Assembly (NCBI GenBank): GCA_002269645.1 | Contig: NIVC01000040.1 | Location: 372,001-436,000 of the forward strand | DNA: 64,000 nt | Reading direction: 5' to 3' | Source of the DNA: Macrostomum lignano | Lineage: Eukaryota | Shown here: piece by piece, positions 62,257 through 64,000 of the stretch | Numbering within the stretch: the stretch's first letter is position 1 | How the letters are laid out: each line of letters opens with the position of its first letter | Translations under genes and position numbers: made by a program | Notes under the pieces: model-generated | What the model was told of the DNA's origin: nothing | Databases searched by the model: none | What the model saw: only the letters and a program-made list of their open reading frames with translations

Positions 62257-62289
62257 TATCGAGGATTATTCTAATCCAAAAACAGGTTA

Positions 62290-62600
62290 TATTAGGCATC
62301 ATTTGGGATTCCAGGTTGGGGATCATAGGATTACAGATCAGAGAGCATGGGATTCCAGATTGGGGATCATGGGATTCCAGATTGGGGGTCATGGGAATTA
62401 GGGATCATAGGATTCCAGATTGGGGATCAAGAGAATTAGAGATCATAGGATTCCAGATTGGGGATCATGGGAATTAGGGATCATAGGATTCCAGATTGGG
62501 GATCATGGGAATTAGGGATCATAGGATTCCAGATTGGGGATCATGAGAATTAGAGATCATAGGATTCCAGATTGGGGATCATGGGAATTAGGGATCATAG
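62290..62600. repeat. Composite approximately 40-bp minisatellite
   Basis: GGATTCCAGATTGGGGATCAT alternating with GGGAATTAGGGATCATA; ends abruptly at the LTR. Confidence 0.85.
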
Positions 62601-64000
62601 TGAGGTGCCGGGCGTGTTTTGATGTACTGCACTGCACCTGACTCACCTGAGTCCAATTATGAGTAACTCTAACTAGCCAGCCAGCCTAACTAACCAAACC
62701 GGCCTACTCCGGTGTACGCTGCTCTGCGTACTTTTTCTCTCTCTCCCCCTTGACATGATAATATTCAGTAGTGATCGATTCTGAGTTTTAAGCCCACTTA
62801 CTTGTTGTCTTTTAAGCCTATATATTGGTCTCGCCACCTACCACCTCGTATCTCACAATCATTGCAATAATTCGCTCATCTCAAATACACAACTTCGTAC
62901 TTGACTCAAACCAAGCCCACGGGCGGCCTTGTCATCGTTTACTGGGCGCGACTTGACAATGGCGTCGCAAGCAAACAACTCCGAACTAAACTTGGATGAC
63001 CCAGACACAGCCGAAGCCTGGCTGCTCAGCTTTGCGGCTGCCGCACGAACCAAGAAACTGACGGACACAGAAGAAGATCGGCAGATCACCGATCTATTCC
63101 TCGCCAGGGCAGGTCTCAAGGCACTGAGAACGCTGTCCCTCATGGCTGCCCCGACCAGCCTGGAGAAAAAAACATTTGAACAAATTCGAGACATCATCAA
63201 GGAGACAATCCGGCCCAAGAAGCGCCTCGATATTGCCGAACGAGCAAAATTCCTCGCCCTCAGGCAGGACCCAAGCGAAAGTGTCGCCTCCTACTACCGC
63301 CGACTCCGTGCAGCAGCGGCTACGTGTAGCTTTGAGAAGCTCGGGACGAAACAGTCAAGCGAGGACGAGCTCATCACCATGCGGCTCGTGGACGGACTCG
63401 CCTCTGTGGACCACAAACATAGACTGTTGGAGAGAATGCAAGCTACCGACATGCTGCTGAACGAGGTGCTGCAAACACTTGAGCAACTTGAGCAAATCCG
63501 CTGCTACAACACCAGCACCGGGGCCGCTGCCAACACCGAGGCCAGCATCGCCTATGCAGGGCGGCGCGGCACGCCCCACAGCCAGCGCCGGACACCAGAC
63601 CACCGAGGAACATCAGCAAGACGAAGTGCCAATATTGCGGCGGTTTGCACCAGCAAGGCGCATGCCCTGCGTTCGGCAAGCGGTGCACCGCCTGCAACAA
63701 GAAAAACCACTTTGCTGCCGTATGCAGGTCCCGCACCGTGCATCTAGAGACCTGGGAGGAGAACGAAGGCGCCGAGATGGAGCGAGATACTGCCAACGTC
63801 TTCGTCATCAGACCGAAGCGCAGAGAGCGGAACGGCATCTTCCGGCAGGTAAAAATCAACGGCAAGGAGCTGCAAATGCAGGTAGATACGGGCGCTGATG
63901 TGAGTCTCATTCCACGGGGCCACTGGGAGACACTTGGATGCCCAGCACTGAGGAAATCCAGACGAATTCTGAGACAGTTCGACGGATCGATCATAAGAAC
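62601..64000 (+). mobile_element. 5' part of a second Ty3/gypsy retrotransposon (runs off the window)
   Basis: Putative LTR 62601-62958 (TG..CA), then PBS-like TGGCGTCGCA at 62960 and gag-protease coding sequence. LTR limits tentative. Confidence 0.85.
62959..64000 (+). pseudogene. Gypsy gag-protease with one frameshift near 63600
   Basis: MASQANNS..AERAKFLALRQDPSESVASYYRRLRAAAATCSF; after the shift CQYCGGLHQQGAC, CTACNKKNHFAAVC and protease QVDTGADVS. Confidence 0.85.

Overview
Eukaryotic, almost certainly animal, DNA: GT-AG introns, an NPY/NPF neuropeptide gene and a tRNA-derived SINE. An invertebrate, possibly a free-living flatworm, is my inference only. No CRISPR, rRNA or true tRNA genes were seen. 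1-18 kb is a nest of mobile elements. It holds an apparently intact 6.73-kb CACTA/EnSpm transposon (TIRs, AG TSD, 766-aa transposase, 7-exon accessory gene with a BEN-like C-terminus) sitting in the end of another CACTA-like element. It also holds a 2.2-kb solo-LTR-like segment, a hAT-like end, and a deleted Ty3/gypsy element (5-bp TSD) inserted in a LINE. 20-26 kb holds two MITEs with perfect 8- and 9-bp TSDs and a tandem pair of unrecognised paralogous Cys-rich single-pass membrane protein genes sharing an intron position. 27-35 kb is a 6-exon PARG gene with an antisense NPY/NPF gene nested in intron 2; the predicted peptide lacks the amidation glycine. 37-41 kb is a 3-exon cysteine-synthase-family gene. 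Then come two unknown ORFs, an AT-rich tract and a LINE fragment with a hairpin junction. The window ends with the 3' exons of an acidic low-complexity gene with symmetric phase-1 exons and the 5' part of a second gypsy element. Most long introns carry their own mini- or microsatellite. Gene models were built by eye from splice signals and reading-frame phase; no homology search was run.
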